64,000 nt of DNA from Leptonemataceae bacterium (lineage in GTDB: Bacteria; Spirochaetota; Leptospiria; Leptospirales; Leptonemataceae): NCBI GenBank assembly GCA_965227295.1, contig OZ245742.1:5874551-5938550 (forward strand), read 5' to 3'. The position numbers were made by a program, and so were the translations under genes. Below the pieces are notes generated by a model. That model worked only from the letters and a program-made list of their open reading frames with translations, was not told the origin of the DNA and did no database searches. Position 1 is the first letter of the stretch; each line of letters opens with the position of its first letter. Shown piece after piece: positions 29,054-38,804 of the stretch.

Positions 29054-30318
29054 TAGGAGCTCCCCCGGACGACCGCGGCCAGAAGCAACCCCGCGGCGAG
29101 CCAGGCCGCGCAGAGATAAACCACGATTCGTTTCAAGCTTACGCCCGCGTCGCCGCCGTGGTCGTGATCATGACCGCCCGCGCTCTGCTCCCGGCGCGCC
29201 CGACGATAACGATACGCGAGCCAGGCCATTCCGAGGCTTACCAGAACGAAGCCGAGGTTTAGATAGAACGTGTAGTCGATCTTAATGCGCGTCACTTCCT
29301 CGACGACCCGGCGGCTCTCCGGCGTGATCCCGAACCAGGCGAAAGCGCCGTTGAGAATCAGGGCGGTGGATACCATGCTGATATACATAATCAGCGCAAT
29401 ATAGAGCGCGATCCTGGTGCCGTAGTACTTGCGATTGACCATGACCAGAGGCGGCACGATCAAATCCGAATAGATGAACGCCATAATGCCCGCGAAAAGC
29501 ACGCCGTTGGCGTTCAGAACCGTGGCGAGGGGAATATTACCCATAGAACCGATGAATGTGGCCGCGGCGACAAAGGGACCGACGAGGGCGTTCTCGACGG
29601 CGATCAACCACGCCGGTAACGTCTCCGTGTACCCGGTTAAGAAGATCGCCTCCCAGAACGACTGCGGGACCAGCGTCGCGATGATGCCGGCGATGGTGAA
29701 GCCGATGAGGATCTCTTCCCAGACCATGCCCCACTCCGCGAAAAAATTCCGCCCGACGCGATTCCAGCCGTCGGCGCTACGAATGCGTTCGCGCCACGAA
29801 AAATCTTCGGTGGCTTCGGTGGCGTGCTTCTCGACGCGACGCCGGGCCGCCTCGGCCCATTCGCGGGGCAACGTCCCACGCATGAGCACGCTGCTGATCG
29901 CAATCAGGACTATGCCGCCGACGAGTTCAGCCATGAGGAACTCAAAGCCGAGAAAGATATAAATCAAAATGCCCAGCTCGATGACGAGGTTCGTCGAGGC
30001 GAACATAAAGGCGACCGTCGCAATAAAATGCGCCCCCTTGGCGACCAGGGTCCGGGCCGCCGCCAGGGCCGCGAAAGAACACGACGACGACAGCGCTCCG
30101 AAGGCCGTGGCGATGCCGATGCTGCGCGGCCCGGCCTCGCCCAGATTCTCCGCCAGGCGCCGACGCGGTACGAAGGCCTGGATCATCGCGCTGATCGTGT
30201 AGCCGAGGACGAAGGCCCAGCCGGCCTTCCAGAAAAACCCCAGCGACGCGTACGCGGAATCGCTGATAGCCGGAATCATCGATACGATAGTTTCCATAAA
30301 ATTATCTCCACTGAACAA
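29053..30318 (-). CDS. Predicted permease (DUF318/ArsP family)
   Basis: SSCSFAALA, ASTNLVIELG, duplicated multi-TM architecture. Confidence 0.8.
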   Translation of the reverse strand: MFSGDNFMETIVSMIPAISDSAYASLGFFWKAGWAFVLGYTISAMIQAFVPRRRLAENLGEAGPRSIGIATAFGALSSSCSFAALAAARTLVAKGAHFIATVAFMFASTNLVIELGILIYIFLGFEFLMAELVGGIVLIAISSVLMRGTLPREWAEAARRRVEKHATEATEDFSWRERIRSADGWNRVGRNFFAEWGMVWEEILIGFTIAGIIATLVPQSFWEAIFLTGYTETLPAWLIAVENALVGPFVAAATFIGSMGNIPLATVLNANGVLFAGIMAFIYSDLIVPPLVMVNRKYYGTRIALYIALIMYISMVSTALILNGAFAWFGITPESRRVVEEVTRIKIDYTFYLNLGFVLVSLGMAWLAYRYRRARREQSAGGHDHDHGGDAGVSLKRIVVYLCAAWLAAGLLLAAVVRGSS

Positions 30319-30321
30319 GAA

Positions 30322-33300
30322 TCATAGATTGCGCCCGGGCTTCGGGACGGTCGCCGCAACTTCCGGCGTGAGCACTTCATCCGCCTCGACTTCGTGAAAC
30401 GGACTCGCCGCTCCGTCCCTGCGCAGGCGCCGCAACTGCAACCATTCGTAGATGGTCGGAATCAACACGAGCGTCACCAGGGTGTCGGTGACCAGGCCGC
30501 CGATCATCGGCGCGGCCAGGCGTTTCATTACGGAAGAGCCGGAGTCCGTGGCCCACATGATTGGAATCAAACCCAGCAAGGTCGTCGCCACAGTCATGAT
30601 CTTCGGCCGCACGCGGCCCACGACGCCTTCAAGCATCGCGGCGCGCAGTTTCTCCGGTGTATCCAGGCCGTGTTCGCGTTTGTGTTTCGCGAGCACCGTG
30701 TCGAGGTACACAAGCAGCACGATGCCCGTCTCCACGGACAAACCCGCCAGAGCAATGAAGCCAACGTCCGTGGCCACGCTTCGATTGTAGCCGAGCAGGA
30801 ACATCAACCATACGCCGCCGGTTACCGCGAAGCCCAGGCAGCCCAGGATGATCGTCGTCTCGGTAAAGTTCTTAAAGTGCAGGTAGAGGAGCACGATGAT
30901 GGCGATAAGCGTCAGTGCGCCGGCGATGCGCAGCCGTTCGGCGGCGCGCTCCAGATACTCGTATTGGCCGCTCCACACCAGGGTTACGCCCGGGGGCTGC
31001 TGCAACTCGCCGGCCTTCAGCTTGTTGCGAATCAGCGCCTTCGCGTTCTCAACGTAGCCGGCCACGTCCTGGGAACTCTTCAAATCCACGAAGATCCACG
31101 CGGTCTTGCGGGCGTTTTCGGTTTTGATGCCCGGCGGCCCGGTGCGCAGGCGCAGCTCCGCCACGTGGGAAATCGGAATGTTCGCCCCCGACGGCGTGCG
31201 CACCCAGACGTCTTTTAACTTCTCCAGATCATCTCTTAGCTCGCGAGGATAACGCACGTTCACGGGATAGCGCGCCAGGCCCTCGACCGTTTCGGTGACG
31301 TTCATCCCGCCCACGGCCGTCATGATCGTATCCTGCACGTCGCCGACGGTCAGCCCGTACCGCGCCGCCGCCTCGCGATTGATGACGTAGTCGATGTAGC
31401 GGCCGCCCGTAACGCGCTCCGAAACCACCGAGGCCGTGCCGGGCACGGTCTTGAGCACGGCTTCGAGTTCGCTGCCGTAGCGCGCCAGTTCGCTTAAGTC
31501 GTCCCCGAGCAACTTTACGCCCACCGGCGTCTTGATGCCCGTCGCCAGCATATCGATGCGCGTGCGAATGGGATACGTCCAGGCGTTGGTCAGCCCCGGG
31601 AACTGAATTTTGTCGTCCAGCTCTCGCATGATTTTTTCGACCGTCATGCCCGACCGCCACTCCGAGCGGTCTTTCAGGATGATCGTAGTCTCGATCATGG
31701 TGAGCGGGGCCGGGTCCGTGGCCGTCTCCGCGCGGCCGATCTTACCGAAGACGTGCTTTACCTCGGGCTGCTCCATGATGATGGCGTCCGTGCGCTGCAG
31801 AATTTCCCGGGCCTTGGTAATCGAAATGCCGGGCAGCGTGGTGGGCATGTACAGGATGTCGCCCTCGTTCAGCGGAGGCATGAATTCACCGCCGATGCCT
31901 TTCACCAGCTTCTTGCCGTTCGAAAAAGGAACGGGAATGCCGTAGATTGGGATCAGGGTCAGTAACATAAAACCACCGAAAGCTAAGAGAAACGTCGCCT
32001 TGCGGTCCAGAGCGGCGTCGATCAGCGGGCGGTACGTGCGCACGAAAAAGCGCGCGATGGGGTTGTCCTCTTCCGCCCGGGTGTCGCCGCGCACAAAAAG
32101 CGAAATCAGCACCGGGATGATCGTAATTGCGATGACGGCGGCGAAGGCCATGGCGAAGGTCTTGGTCAACGCCAGGGGGCGAAAGAGCCGGCCGGACTGC
32201 TCTTCCAGCACCAGGATCGGCAGAAACGAAACGGTAATGATCAACAGCGAAAAGAAGAGCGCCGGCCCGACTTCGAGAGACGCCCGCCGGACGACGACGT
32301 CGTGGGCGGCGTCGGGATCGTGCTCCCGGTGCTTGTGCACGTTTTCGACGAGCACGATCGAGGCGTCCACCATCACCCCGATGGCGATGGCGATGCCGCC
32401 GAGGGACATGATATTGGCGTTGATGCCGAGAAAGTCCATCAGCGCCAGGGACGCGAGAATCCCGATGGGCAGCGTCACCACGGCCACTAAGGCCGAGCGA
32501 GCGTGCATTAAGAAAACGGCGATAACGATCGCCACGACGAGCATCTCCTCGACCAGCTTCCAGGAAACGTTTTTGACGGCGCGATAGATCAAATTCGAAC
32601 GATCATAGGCCGTGCGAATTTCGACCCCCTCCGGCAGCGACGGTCGAATCTCTTCGATGCGCTGCTTCACGCGTTCAATGATTTCGAGCGCGTTTTCGCC
32701 GAAGCGCATCACGACGATGCCGGCCACCACCTCCCCCTCGCCGTTCCACTCGGCGATGCCCCGGCGAATCTCCGGGCCGATCTGCACGTGGGCGACGTCG
32801 TCGATGGTGATGGGATTGCCCTGATCGTCCACGCGCAACACCACACTGCGAATATCGTCGACGGACTGGATGTAACCCAGGCCCCGCACCATGTACTCGG
32901 TCTCGCCCATCTCGATCAGTCGCCCGCCGGTGTCGCGGTTCGAACGCGCCAGACGCGAGCGCACGGTTTCGAGGGAAATGTCGTGCAGCAGCAAGCGCGT
33001 GGGATCCACCTCGACCTGGTACTGCTTCACGAAGCCGCCGATGCTCGCGACCTCGGCCACGCCTTTGAGGCTGGCGAGTTCGTAGCGAATGCTCCAGTCC
33101 TGGAGCGAACGCAGCTCCTGGTTGTTTAACTTTCCGCTGGTGTCGGTTACTATGTACTGATAGACCCAGCCCACGCCGGTGGCGTCGGGACCGAGCTGCG
33201 GCTTCACGCCCGGCGGCAGGCGCGACGACGAGTTGATGTACTCCAGCACCCGCGAGCGCGCCCAGTAGATGTCCGTGCCGTCCTCGAAGATCACGTAGAC

Positions 33301-33576
33301 CATCGAGAAACCGAAGAACGAATAGCCCCGCACCACCTTGGCGTGGGGCACGGCCAGCATGGCCGACGTCAGCGGGTAGGTAACCTGGTCTTCGACGACC
33401 TGGGGGGCCTGGCCGGTGTACTCGGTGTAGATGATCACCTGCACGTCGGAGAGATCCGGAATGGCGTCGATAGGAATGGTCTGGATCGCCCGCAGTCCGG
33501 CGAAGACCACGGCCCCGGCGGCGATCAAGACGAGCGCCTTGTTCTTGAGCGAAAATTCGATAATGCGTGCAATCAA
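30322..33576 (-). CDS. cusA: CusA/SilA-type heavy-metal RND efflux pump
   Basis: DAIPDLSDVQVI, GPDATGVGWVYQY, FMPPLNEGD, RIDMLATG (Met ligands of monovalent HME pumps). Confidence 0.92.
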   Translation of the reverse strand: MIARIIEFSLKNKALVLIAAGAVVFAGLRAIQTIPIDAIPDLSDVQVIIYTEYTGQAPQVVEDQVTYPLTSAMLAVPHAKVVRGYSFFGFSMVYVIFEDGTDIYWARSRVLEYINSSSRLPPGVKPQLGPDATGVGWVYQYIVTDTSGKLNNQELRSLQDWSIRYELASLKGVAEVASIGGFVKQYQVEVDPTRLLLHDISLETVRSRLARSNRDTGGRLIEMGETEYMVRGLGYIQSVDDIRSVVLRVDDQGNPITIDDVAHVQIGPEIRRGIAEWNGEGEVVAGIVVMRFGENALEIIERVKQRIEEIRPSLPEGVEIRTAYDRSNLIYRAVKNVSWKLVEEMLVVAIVIAVFLMHARSALVAVVTLPIGILASLALMDFLGINANIMSLGGIAIAIGVMVDASIVLVENVHKHREHDPDAAHDVVVRRASLEVGPALFFSLLIITVSFLPILVLEEQSGRLFRPLALTKTFAMAFAAVIAITIIPVLISLFVRGDTRAEEDNPIARFFVRTYRPLIDAALDRKATFLLAFGGFMLLTLIPIYGIPVPFSNGKKLVKGIGGEFMPPLNEGDILYMPTTLPGISITKAREILQRTDAIIMEQPEVKHVFGKIGRAETATDPAPLTMIETTIILKDRSEWRSGMTVEKIMRELDDKIQFPGLTNAWTYPIRTRIDMLATGIKTPVGVKLLGDDLSELARYGSELEAVLKTVPGTASVVSERVTGGRYIDYVINREAAARYGLTVGDVQDTIMTAVGGMNVTETVEGLARYPVNVRYPRELRDDLEKLKDVWVRTPSGANIPISHVAELRLRTGPPGIKTENARKTAWIFVDLKSSQDVAGYVENAKALIRNKLKAGELQQPPGVTLVWSGQYEYLERAAERLRIAGALTLIAIIVLLYLHFKNFTETTIILGCLGFAVTGGVWLMFLLGYNRSVATDVGFIALAGLSVETGIVLLVYLDTVLAKHKREHGLDTPEKLRAAMLEGVVGRVRPKIMTVATTLLGLIPIMWATDSGSSVMKRLAAPMIGGLVTDTLVTLVLIPTIYEWLQLRRLRRDGAASPFHEVEADEVLTPEVAATVPKPGRNL

Positions 33577-34985
33577 TGGTTGTGCCCTCCCATCGGATCG
33601 GGTGCTTCATCCATAGAATCGCCGTCGCCCGCTCCCGCGGAGCCGCTCCCGCCCCGCATTTTACGCACGGCCTCCTGGATGCGCGACTCGGAGTCTAACA
33701 AAAACTGACCGGAAGTTACCACGGCCTCGTGTTCGGAGAGGCCGTCGAGGATTTGCAGGCGGTCGTTTTCGTCGGTGACGCCCACGCTTACGATCCGCGG
33801 CTCGAAGGCGCCGTTGCCGCGGTAGACGAAGGCGAGCGTGCGTTCCCCGGTGCGGATGACCGCCGAAGACGGCACCGTCAGAAACTCCCCGTCCAGCGTG
33901 CGGCGCAGCTTGAGCGTAGCGTACATGCCGGGCTTCAACGTGCGCCCCGGATTCGCGAAGGATACACGGACGCGCAGGTCCCGGGTCTCCGCCCGCATAA
34001 ACGGAAACACGAAGCTGACCCGTCCCTCGAAGGTCTTCCCCGGTACCTGGGGGACGATCATCTCCACCGGCAGCCCGGTCTCCACGAAGGGAATATCTTT
34101 TTCGGGAATGTGAATGTAGGCCCACACGGTCGAAAGATCGACGATGCGAAACAGATCCGTGCCCTCGGCGATCTTCGCGCCCTGGACGACGTTTTTTTCG
34201 ACGACGACGCCGGAAATGGGCGCGTGGATCGTGAGCAGCCGCGACGGCGTGCCGCGCTTCTCCAGCGCCGCGATCTGCGCCGCGCTGATGTTCCAGTACT
34301 GTAATCTACGGCGAGCGGCGCTTAAGAGGCGCTCCACCTCCGGCGAAGGCCCCAGACTCTGCTTGCTTTTATAGAGCTGAAGATACTCCTCCTGAGTCGC
34401 CACCAGCTCCGGGCTGTAGACGCCGGCCAGGGCCTGGCCCCGGCGCACGCTGGCGCCGGTAATGTTCACGTAGAGTTTTTCGACCCAGCCGCCGAAGCGG
34501 GCGTTCACCACGGCTTCGGCGTTTTCGGCAAAGTCGATGTGCGCCACGGCGCGAATCTCTTTCGTAATCTCCCGGCGCGTAACGATCTCGGTGTTCACAC
34601 CCATTTTTTGAATGACCGCCGGGTCCACCCGCACGATGGGCGGGGCCGGCGCACTGCTCGCATCATCGGCAGCTCCGTCGCCGTCGGCCGCGCTCATGTT
34701 GGCGCCGTCAGCCTCCGCCCCGGAGCCGCCGTCGTCGCCGCCGTGCACCGTGCCGTCGTCGTGCAGGTGCGGCTTCATCGGAACCAGGTCCATACCGCAA
34801 ATCGGGCACGAGCCCGGGCCGTCCTGAATGACCTGGGGATGCATGGGGCACGTGTACAGACTCGACGCCTCCGGCGCCGACGCACCGCCCCCGCGCAGAG
34901 CCGGGACGGCGAAGTAGATACCGGCGCCGAGTCCGCCCAGAGCCAGGACAATGATTAACATGGTAATATACTTTTTCCGATTCAT
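33573..34985 (-). CDS. cusB: CusB-type periplasmic adaptor with heavy-metal-binding domain
   Basis: YTCPMHP..PGSCPICGMDLV, YSPEL, LKPGMY, SGQFLLDSES. Confidence 0.9.
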   Translation of the reverse strand: MNRKKYITMLIIVLALGGLGAGIYFAVPALRGGGASAPEASSLYTCPMHPQVIQDGPGSCPICGMDLVPMKPHLHDDGTVHGGDDGGSGAEADGANMSAADGDGAADDASSAPAPPIVRVDPAVIQKMGVNTEIVTRREITKEIRAVAHIDFAENAEAVVNARFGGWVEKLYVNITGASVRRGQALAGVYSPELVATQEEYLQLYKSKQSLGPSPEVERLLSAARRRLQYWNISAAQIAALEKRGTPSRLLTIHAPISGVVVEKNVVQGAKIAEGTDLFRIVDLSTVWAYIHIPEKDIPFVETGLPVEMIVPQVPGKTFEGRVSFVFPFMRAETRDLRVRVSFANPGRTLKPGMYATLKLRRTLDGEFLTVPSSAVIRTGERTLAFVYRGNGAFEPRIVSVGVTDENDRLQILDGLSEHEAVVTSGQFLLDSESRIQEAVRKMRGGSGSAGAGDGDSMDEAPDPMGGHNH

Positions 34986-36400
34986 GGTGTTTCCTCCGCA
35001 TCCGCGGTGTACGCGGGGATGATGACGTTCAGCAGGCGGGCCTCTTCGAAGACGAGTCGCTCACGTTCGCCGCGCAGGCGGATCACCTCGGCCTCCTGCA
35101 TAAAGAGGGTATTCCAGCTTTCCAGCAGCGCGAAGAAGTCGATGCGACCGGTCTCGTAAGCGAGGCGCGCCGAGTCCCGGGCCCGGGCGGCCTGGGGAAT
35201 CAGGCTGTCCTGGAACAGACGGATGCGCTCCGTAAGCGAACGGCGGTCCGCCGCGAGGGAACGCAGGCGATACTGGATGCGCTGGATCACCTCGACCCGC
35301 GAGATCCGCGTGGCCCGGTCGCGTTTCTCCTGAGCGTCCACGGCGGAGCCCGCGGAGAGCGCCGACCAGAGCGGCACCGTCATGGTAAAGCCGAAGCTGT
35401 AAAAGTCCTCGCCGAAGGCGGGATCGCCGCTGATTTTCTCTCGTTCGCGATACGAGGCGAAGACCTCGAAGTCCGGCAGGTACTCCATCCGGGCGAGGCG
35501 GCGCCGCTCGCGCACGGCCTGTAGTTCCAGGTCCATCATCGCGACGTCGAGGGAAGCGGCGGCCACTGCCTCTTCCTCGACGCCGATGCGCCGGACCTGC
35601 TCCGACAGCGTCGCTCGATACTCATCAAGGACGCCGTCGGCGCTCAGCGCGCGCAGCAGTTGTTGCGCCCCGGCGTCGTCGGCCCGCTCCGCGTCAGATT
35701 TCGCCGGGTCCGGGATAAGATAGTAGGCGAGCATGGCCAGCTTCGCCTGGCGCCGGCCCTCAAATTCCGTGTTCCGCTGTTCGAACGTGGAAAAATTGAG
35801 CTCGGCCCGGGAGACGTCGGCCAGCGATCCGCGGCCGACGGAGTATCGCGTGCGCGCCACGTTGCTGACCAGTTGAAACCGGCGCGCGTAGTCCTGATTG
35901 AGTCGCAGGAGCCGGTCCAGGACCACGGCCTCGGAAGCGTCTTTCAAAAATTCATAGGCGAGATTATTTTTATCGACCGCCAGCCGGAGCAGGGCCTGCC
36001 GGGCCTCAAGGTCGGAGACGTTGGCCTGAGTCGTCAGGCGTCCGGGAAACGGGATCGGCTGGCGCACCGAAAACTCAATGCCCGTCATGGGCGTTTGATC
36101 TCGAATGATGCGCAGATTTTTCTTGTACGGCAGATTCGACCAGGCGACCCCGACCCTCGGGTCCGGGTACTTCCAGGCGGCGTACTCCGCCAGATCCTTG
36201 CGCGCGGCGGCCTCAAGAGCCTGCAAGCGAATCCGCGGGTGGTGCGTGCTGATCTCGACCACAATGCGATCCACGCCCGGGGATTCCCGGTCCGGCGCTT
36301 CGGCTTCGACAGCCGAACGTTCTTCCGCCGGGAGCACGCGGCCCGTGATCAGTACGAGCAGGCAGAGCACTCCCCAACGGGCAATTCTGTGGTGGTGCAT
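34982..36400 (-). CDS. TolC-family outer membrane factor
   Basis: YPDP, Q.IPFPG, YETGR.DF..LL; GGAGG RBS before ATG 36400. Confidence 0.85.
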   Translation of the reverse strand: MHHHRIARWGVLCLLVLITGRVLPAEERSAVEAEAPDRESPGVDRIVVEISTHHPRIRLQALEAAARKDLAEYAAWKYPDPRVGVAWSNLPYKKNLRIIRDQTPMTGIEFSVRQPIPFPGRLTTQANVSDLEARQALLRLAVDKNNLAYEFLKDASEAVVLDRLLRLNQDYARRFQLVSNVARTRYSVGRGSLADVSRAELNFSTFEQRNTEFEGRRQAKLAMLAYYLIPDPAKSDAERADDAGAQQLLRALSADGVLDEYRATLSEQVRRIGVEEEAVAAASLDVAMMDLELQAVRERRRLARMEYLPDFEVFASYREREKISGDPAFGEDFYSFGFTMTVPLWSALSAGSAVDAQEKRDRATRISRVEVIQRIQYRLRSLAADRRSLTERIRLFQDSLIPQAARARDSARLAYETGRIDFFALLESWNTLFMQEAEVIRLRGERERLVFEEARLLNVIIPAYTADAEETP

Positions 36401-36493
36401 AGGACCTCCATTCCTTCGATACAATCCGGGGCGAACCCGGCGGTACGCGGGCAGACCGCGCCGATGCAGTCGTAACTACGAAGAAATGGAGGT

Positions 36494-36930
36494 TTAGATC
36501 AGCAGGATTTGCAGTCGCATGTGCAGCGCGACATTCGACGGCGGAGGGGCGTGCGGAATCAATCGATCGGCAGAAACACGGCGGGTGGGCGCGGAGACCG
36601 GAAGGTCACGCCGGGATTCCAACAGCGGGACAAAGGCCAACTCGGGCGCCGGAAAGAACACGCTGTCCACCGGAGCAAGGACGGCGGCGTGAGCCCGAAC
36701 GCAACAGTCCGTCTCGCCGGGCTCGGGAGCGGACGGCGCCGGGGATTCAGCGGCGACCCGATGACAAGAAGGCAGCGTATCTGTTGCGGACGCGTCCATC
36801 GCCGACTCCGATAACGGCGACGCACATAGTCCCAGCGGGCAGAGCGTCAGCTGTAGAACGGCACCGAGTGCCGCCACCGATCCCATCCAGCGCAGGCCGG
36901 AGGATCCCGGCCGTATTTGCTTGCTCACTG
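36494..36930 (-). CDS. Hypothetical Cys/His leader protein upstream of the cus operon (start uncertain)
   Basis: TM segment, SCH, DCC, HAPPP...LLI end; resembles small ORFs that precede metal RND operons. Confidence 0.45.
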
Positions 36931-37001
36931 CTCGCACGACTCCAGCATAAAGGTGCGACTGTGTAACTTCGTCAAGAAAAAAACGTGGACGGAACTCGAT
37001 G

Positions 37002-37018
37002 ATACCGCATATGGGTAT
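37002..37018. promoter_or_regulatory. CsoR-type operator ATACC-N7-GGTAT
   Basis: ATACCgcatatgGGTAT, ending 7 bp before the csoR start, between the divergent csoR and cus/cop genes. Confidence 0.7.
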
Positions 37019-37025
37019 GCAGTAT

Positions 37026-37322
37026 ATGGCATCCCGAAAGCTTCGTAAGAAAACAGTGCGACAACCCCGCAAGAGCACCATGCAAACACGCATGAACAAG
37101 ATCGCCGGACAGGTCGCGGGAATCCAGGACATGATCGAACGAGATCGCTACTGCGTGGACATTATGACGCAAATCAGCGCTGTAAAGTCCGCTCTGGACA
37201 GCGTCGCCATGCTTTTGTTGGAAGACCACACCCGGCACTGCGTTAAGGATGCCCTCGTCGGCGGCAACGGAACTCAAAAAATCGAAGAACTCGTTCGCGT
37301 CGTGAAGAAATACACAAAGTAA
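37026..37322 (+). CDS. csoR: CsoR/RcnR family copper-sensing repressor
   Basis: R...I.GQV.GI..MIE..RYC.DI..QISA...HTRHCV (C-H-C ligands). Confidence 0.9.
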   Translation: MASRKLRKKTVRQPRKSTMQTRMNKIAGQVAGIQDMIERDRYCVDIMTQISAVKSALDSVAMLLLEDHTRHCVKDALVGGNGTQKIEELVRVVKKYTK

Positions 37323-37367
37323 AGGAGCGCCTCGTTGATCCGGGGCGCTCCCTGTGAATGCGCGGGC

Positions 37368-37610
37368 TCAGGCCAACGCCGCCTTCACCGTGGCCACATC
37401 GACGCCGCGACCGGCGCAACAATCCGCAGGCTTGCCGTTGACGAGCACAGCCGGAATGGATGCAATCCCCAGGGACTTTGCCCGGGACACGACCGCTGGA
37501 TCGTCCATGTCCAATATCGTAACTTCTTTAGAACCGGCGATTCCATTCAATTCGACAATCGTGTCTTCGCAGAGAGCGCATCCGGCGCTGAATACTTCGA
37601 CTTTTTTCAT
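37368..37610 (-). CDS. Small thioredoxin/glutaredoxin-like protein with an extra CC pair
   Basis: GCALC, GI.SIPAVLVNGK.ADCC. Confidence 0.8.
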   Translation of the reverse strand: MKKVEVFSAGCALCEDTIVELNGIAGSKEVTILDMDDPAVVSRAKSLGIASIPAVLVNGKPADCCAGRGVDVATVKAALA

Positions 37611-37615
37611 AATTT

Positions 37616-38359
37616 TTACCTCACTTGTTTAAATTCACATTGAGTGCAATCTTGTATCTGAGCAGGCTGCGGCCACGCGTTCCACAGGGAGACGCATAGC
37701 AGGCCGGCGGTTCCAGCGTAGAGCAGCGGATCCGAGTTCCAGTAAAACTTTCCGAGCAGAATGACCGCTGACGCGACGAGCCCGGCGGCGAACGGAAGAT
37801 AGCCGCGTCGTTGCTTCGCTCGAAAAGCCAGCAGGAACAGCACGACGCCGAGAGAGACCGCTGTGATGGGCAGCAGGTACGGCGTATAATTCCAGAAGCC
37901 GATGCCGAGCGACCCGAGGATCGCGGCGTAGGCCGGCAGGCAGGCGGCGCACGTCAGCTTCGGCAGCAGGGCCGGGACAATCGCCACTATCGATCCAAGA
38001 ATGCCGCGCAGACCCCGCGATGGGCCGGCGTCGATCGCGTGATCAGGCCCGGCTGAGAGAGCGGCCAGTACTCTGTCGACCGGTGGCGCCCCGGTTTTTT
38101 CATTTGAACCATAGAGCCGACACGCATTCGCCGTGTCACCGGGCGGAGCGCCGCCGACATCCACACCGTCCACGAGAATGGTCGGTGAGCCGTAGGCTTT
38201 CGCGTAAGCGGGGGCGTCTTGCGCCGCGCTGTCCCACTCCACCCAACGTGATGGCAGGCGCAACGTTGTCAGGGCCTCGATAATTACCTGCCGGGCCCGA
38301 TGCGTATTCGGGCAATCAGCACTAAAAATGAGTTCTACGTCTTTCAAATCTGCCTCCAT
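37616..38359 (-). CDS. Thioredoxin-like domain fused to a MerC-like transporter
   Basis: DCPN...GSPTILVDG...ACRLY N-domain; CAACLPAYAA.L.SLG.G followed by four TM helices. Confidence 0.75.
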   Translation of the reverse strand: MEADLKDVELIFSADCPNTHRARQVIIEALTTLRLPSRWVEWDSAAQDAPAYAKAYGSPTILVDGVDVGGAPPGDTANACRLYGSNEKTGAPPVDRVLAALSAGPDHAIDAGPSRGLRGILGSIVAIVPALLPKLTCAACLPAYAAILGSLGIGFWNYTPYLLPITAVSLGVVLFLLAFRAKQRRGYLPFAAGLVASAVILLGKFYWNSDPLLYAGTAGLLCVSLWNAWPQPAQIQDCTQCEFKQVR

Positions 38360-38763
38360 TAATTCACTTCCTCTTCCAATGCCTCAAGAATCGGACAGCG
38401 ATTGCTCTGCTCCTCGGCCAGACAGGCGTCGGCGAGTCGCGAAAGGACCTGTTCCATTTTCTTCAGTGCTTTGATTTTCGCGCGCACCTCGGCGAGCTTT
38501 TGCTCGGTATTGCGGCGGACCTGGCCGCAGTCGGTGGGATTGCTACGGCGCAGGAGGAGTAGCTCCTGAATCTGGGCCAGCGTAAAGCCGAGGGATTTAG
38601 CCTGCTTGATAAACAGGATCGTCTGGAGCACTTCTTCCGGGTAACGGCGATAGGTATCCGCCCGTTCCGGTTGCTGAATCAGCCCTTTCCGTTCATAGAA
38701 GCGAATGGTTTCTACGTTTACTGCTGCTTTATCGGCGAGCTGCCCGATGGTGAAAGACTCCAT
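38359..38763 (-). CDS. merR: MerR-family regulator of the Hg(II)-responsive type
   Basis: TIGQLA..A.VNVETIRFYER.GL; three Cys (DC, AC, CPILEAL) spaced as in Hg-MerR. Confidence 0.85.
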   Translation of the reverse strand: MESFTIGQLADKAAVNVETIRFYERKGLIQQPERADTYRRYPEEVLQTILFIKQAKSLGFTLAQIQELLLLRRSNPTDCGQVRRNTEQKLAEVRAKIKALKKMEQVLSRLADACLAEEQSNRCPILEALEEEVN

Positions 38764-38772
38764 AACAGGGTT

Positions 38773-38804
38773 AATATACACTCCGTACTGTAGTACGGTG
38801 TCAA
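38773..38804 (-). promoter_or_regulatory. MerR-type promoter/operator
   Basis: Minus strand reads TTGACA-20 bp-TATATT, with dyad CCGTACT-AC-AGTACGG (38783-38798) in the spacer. Confidence 0.88.
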
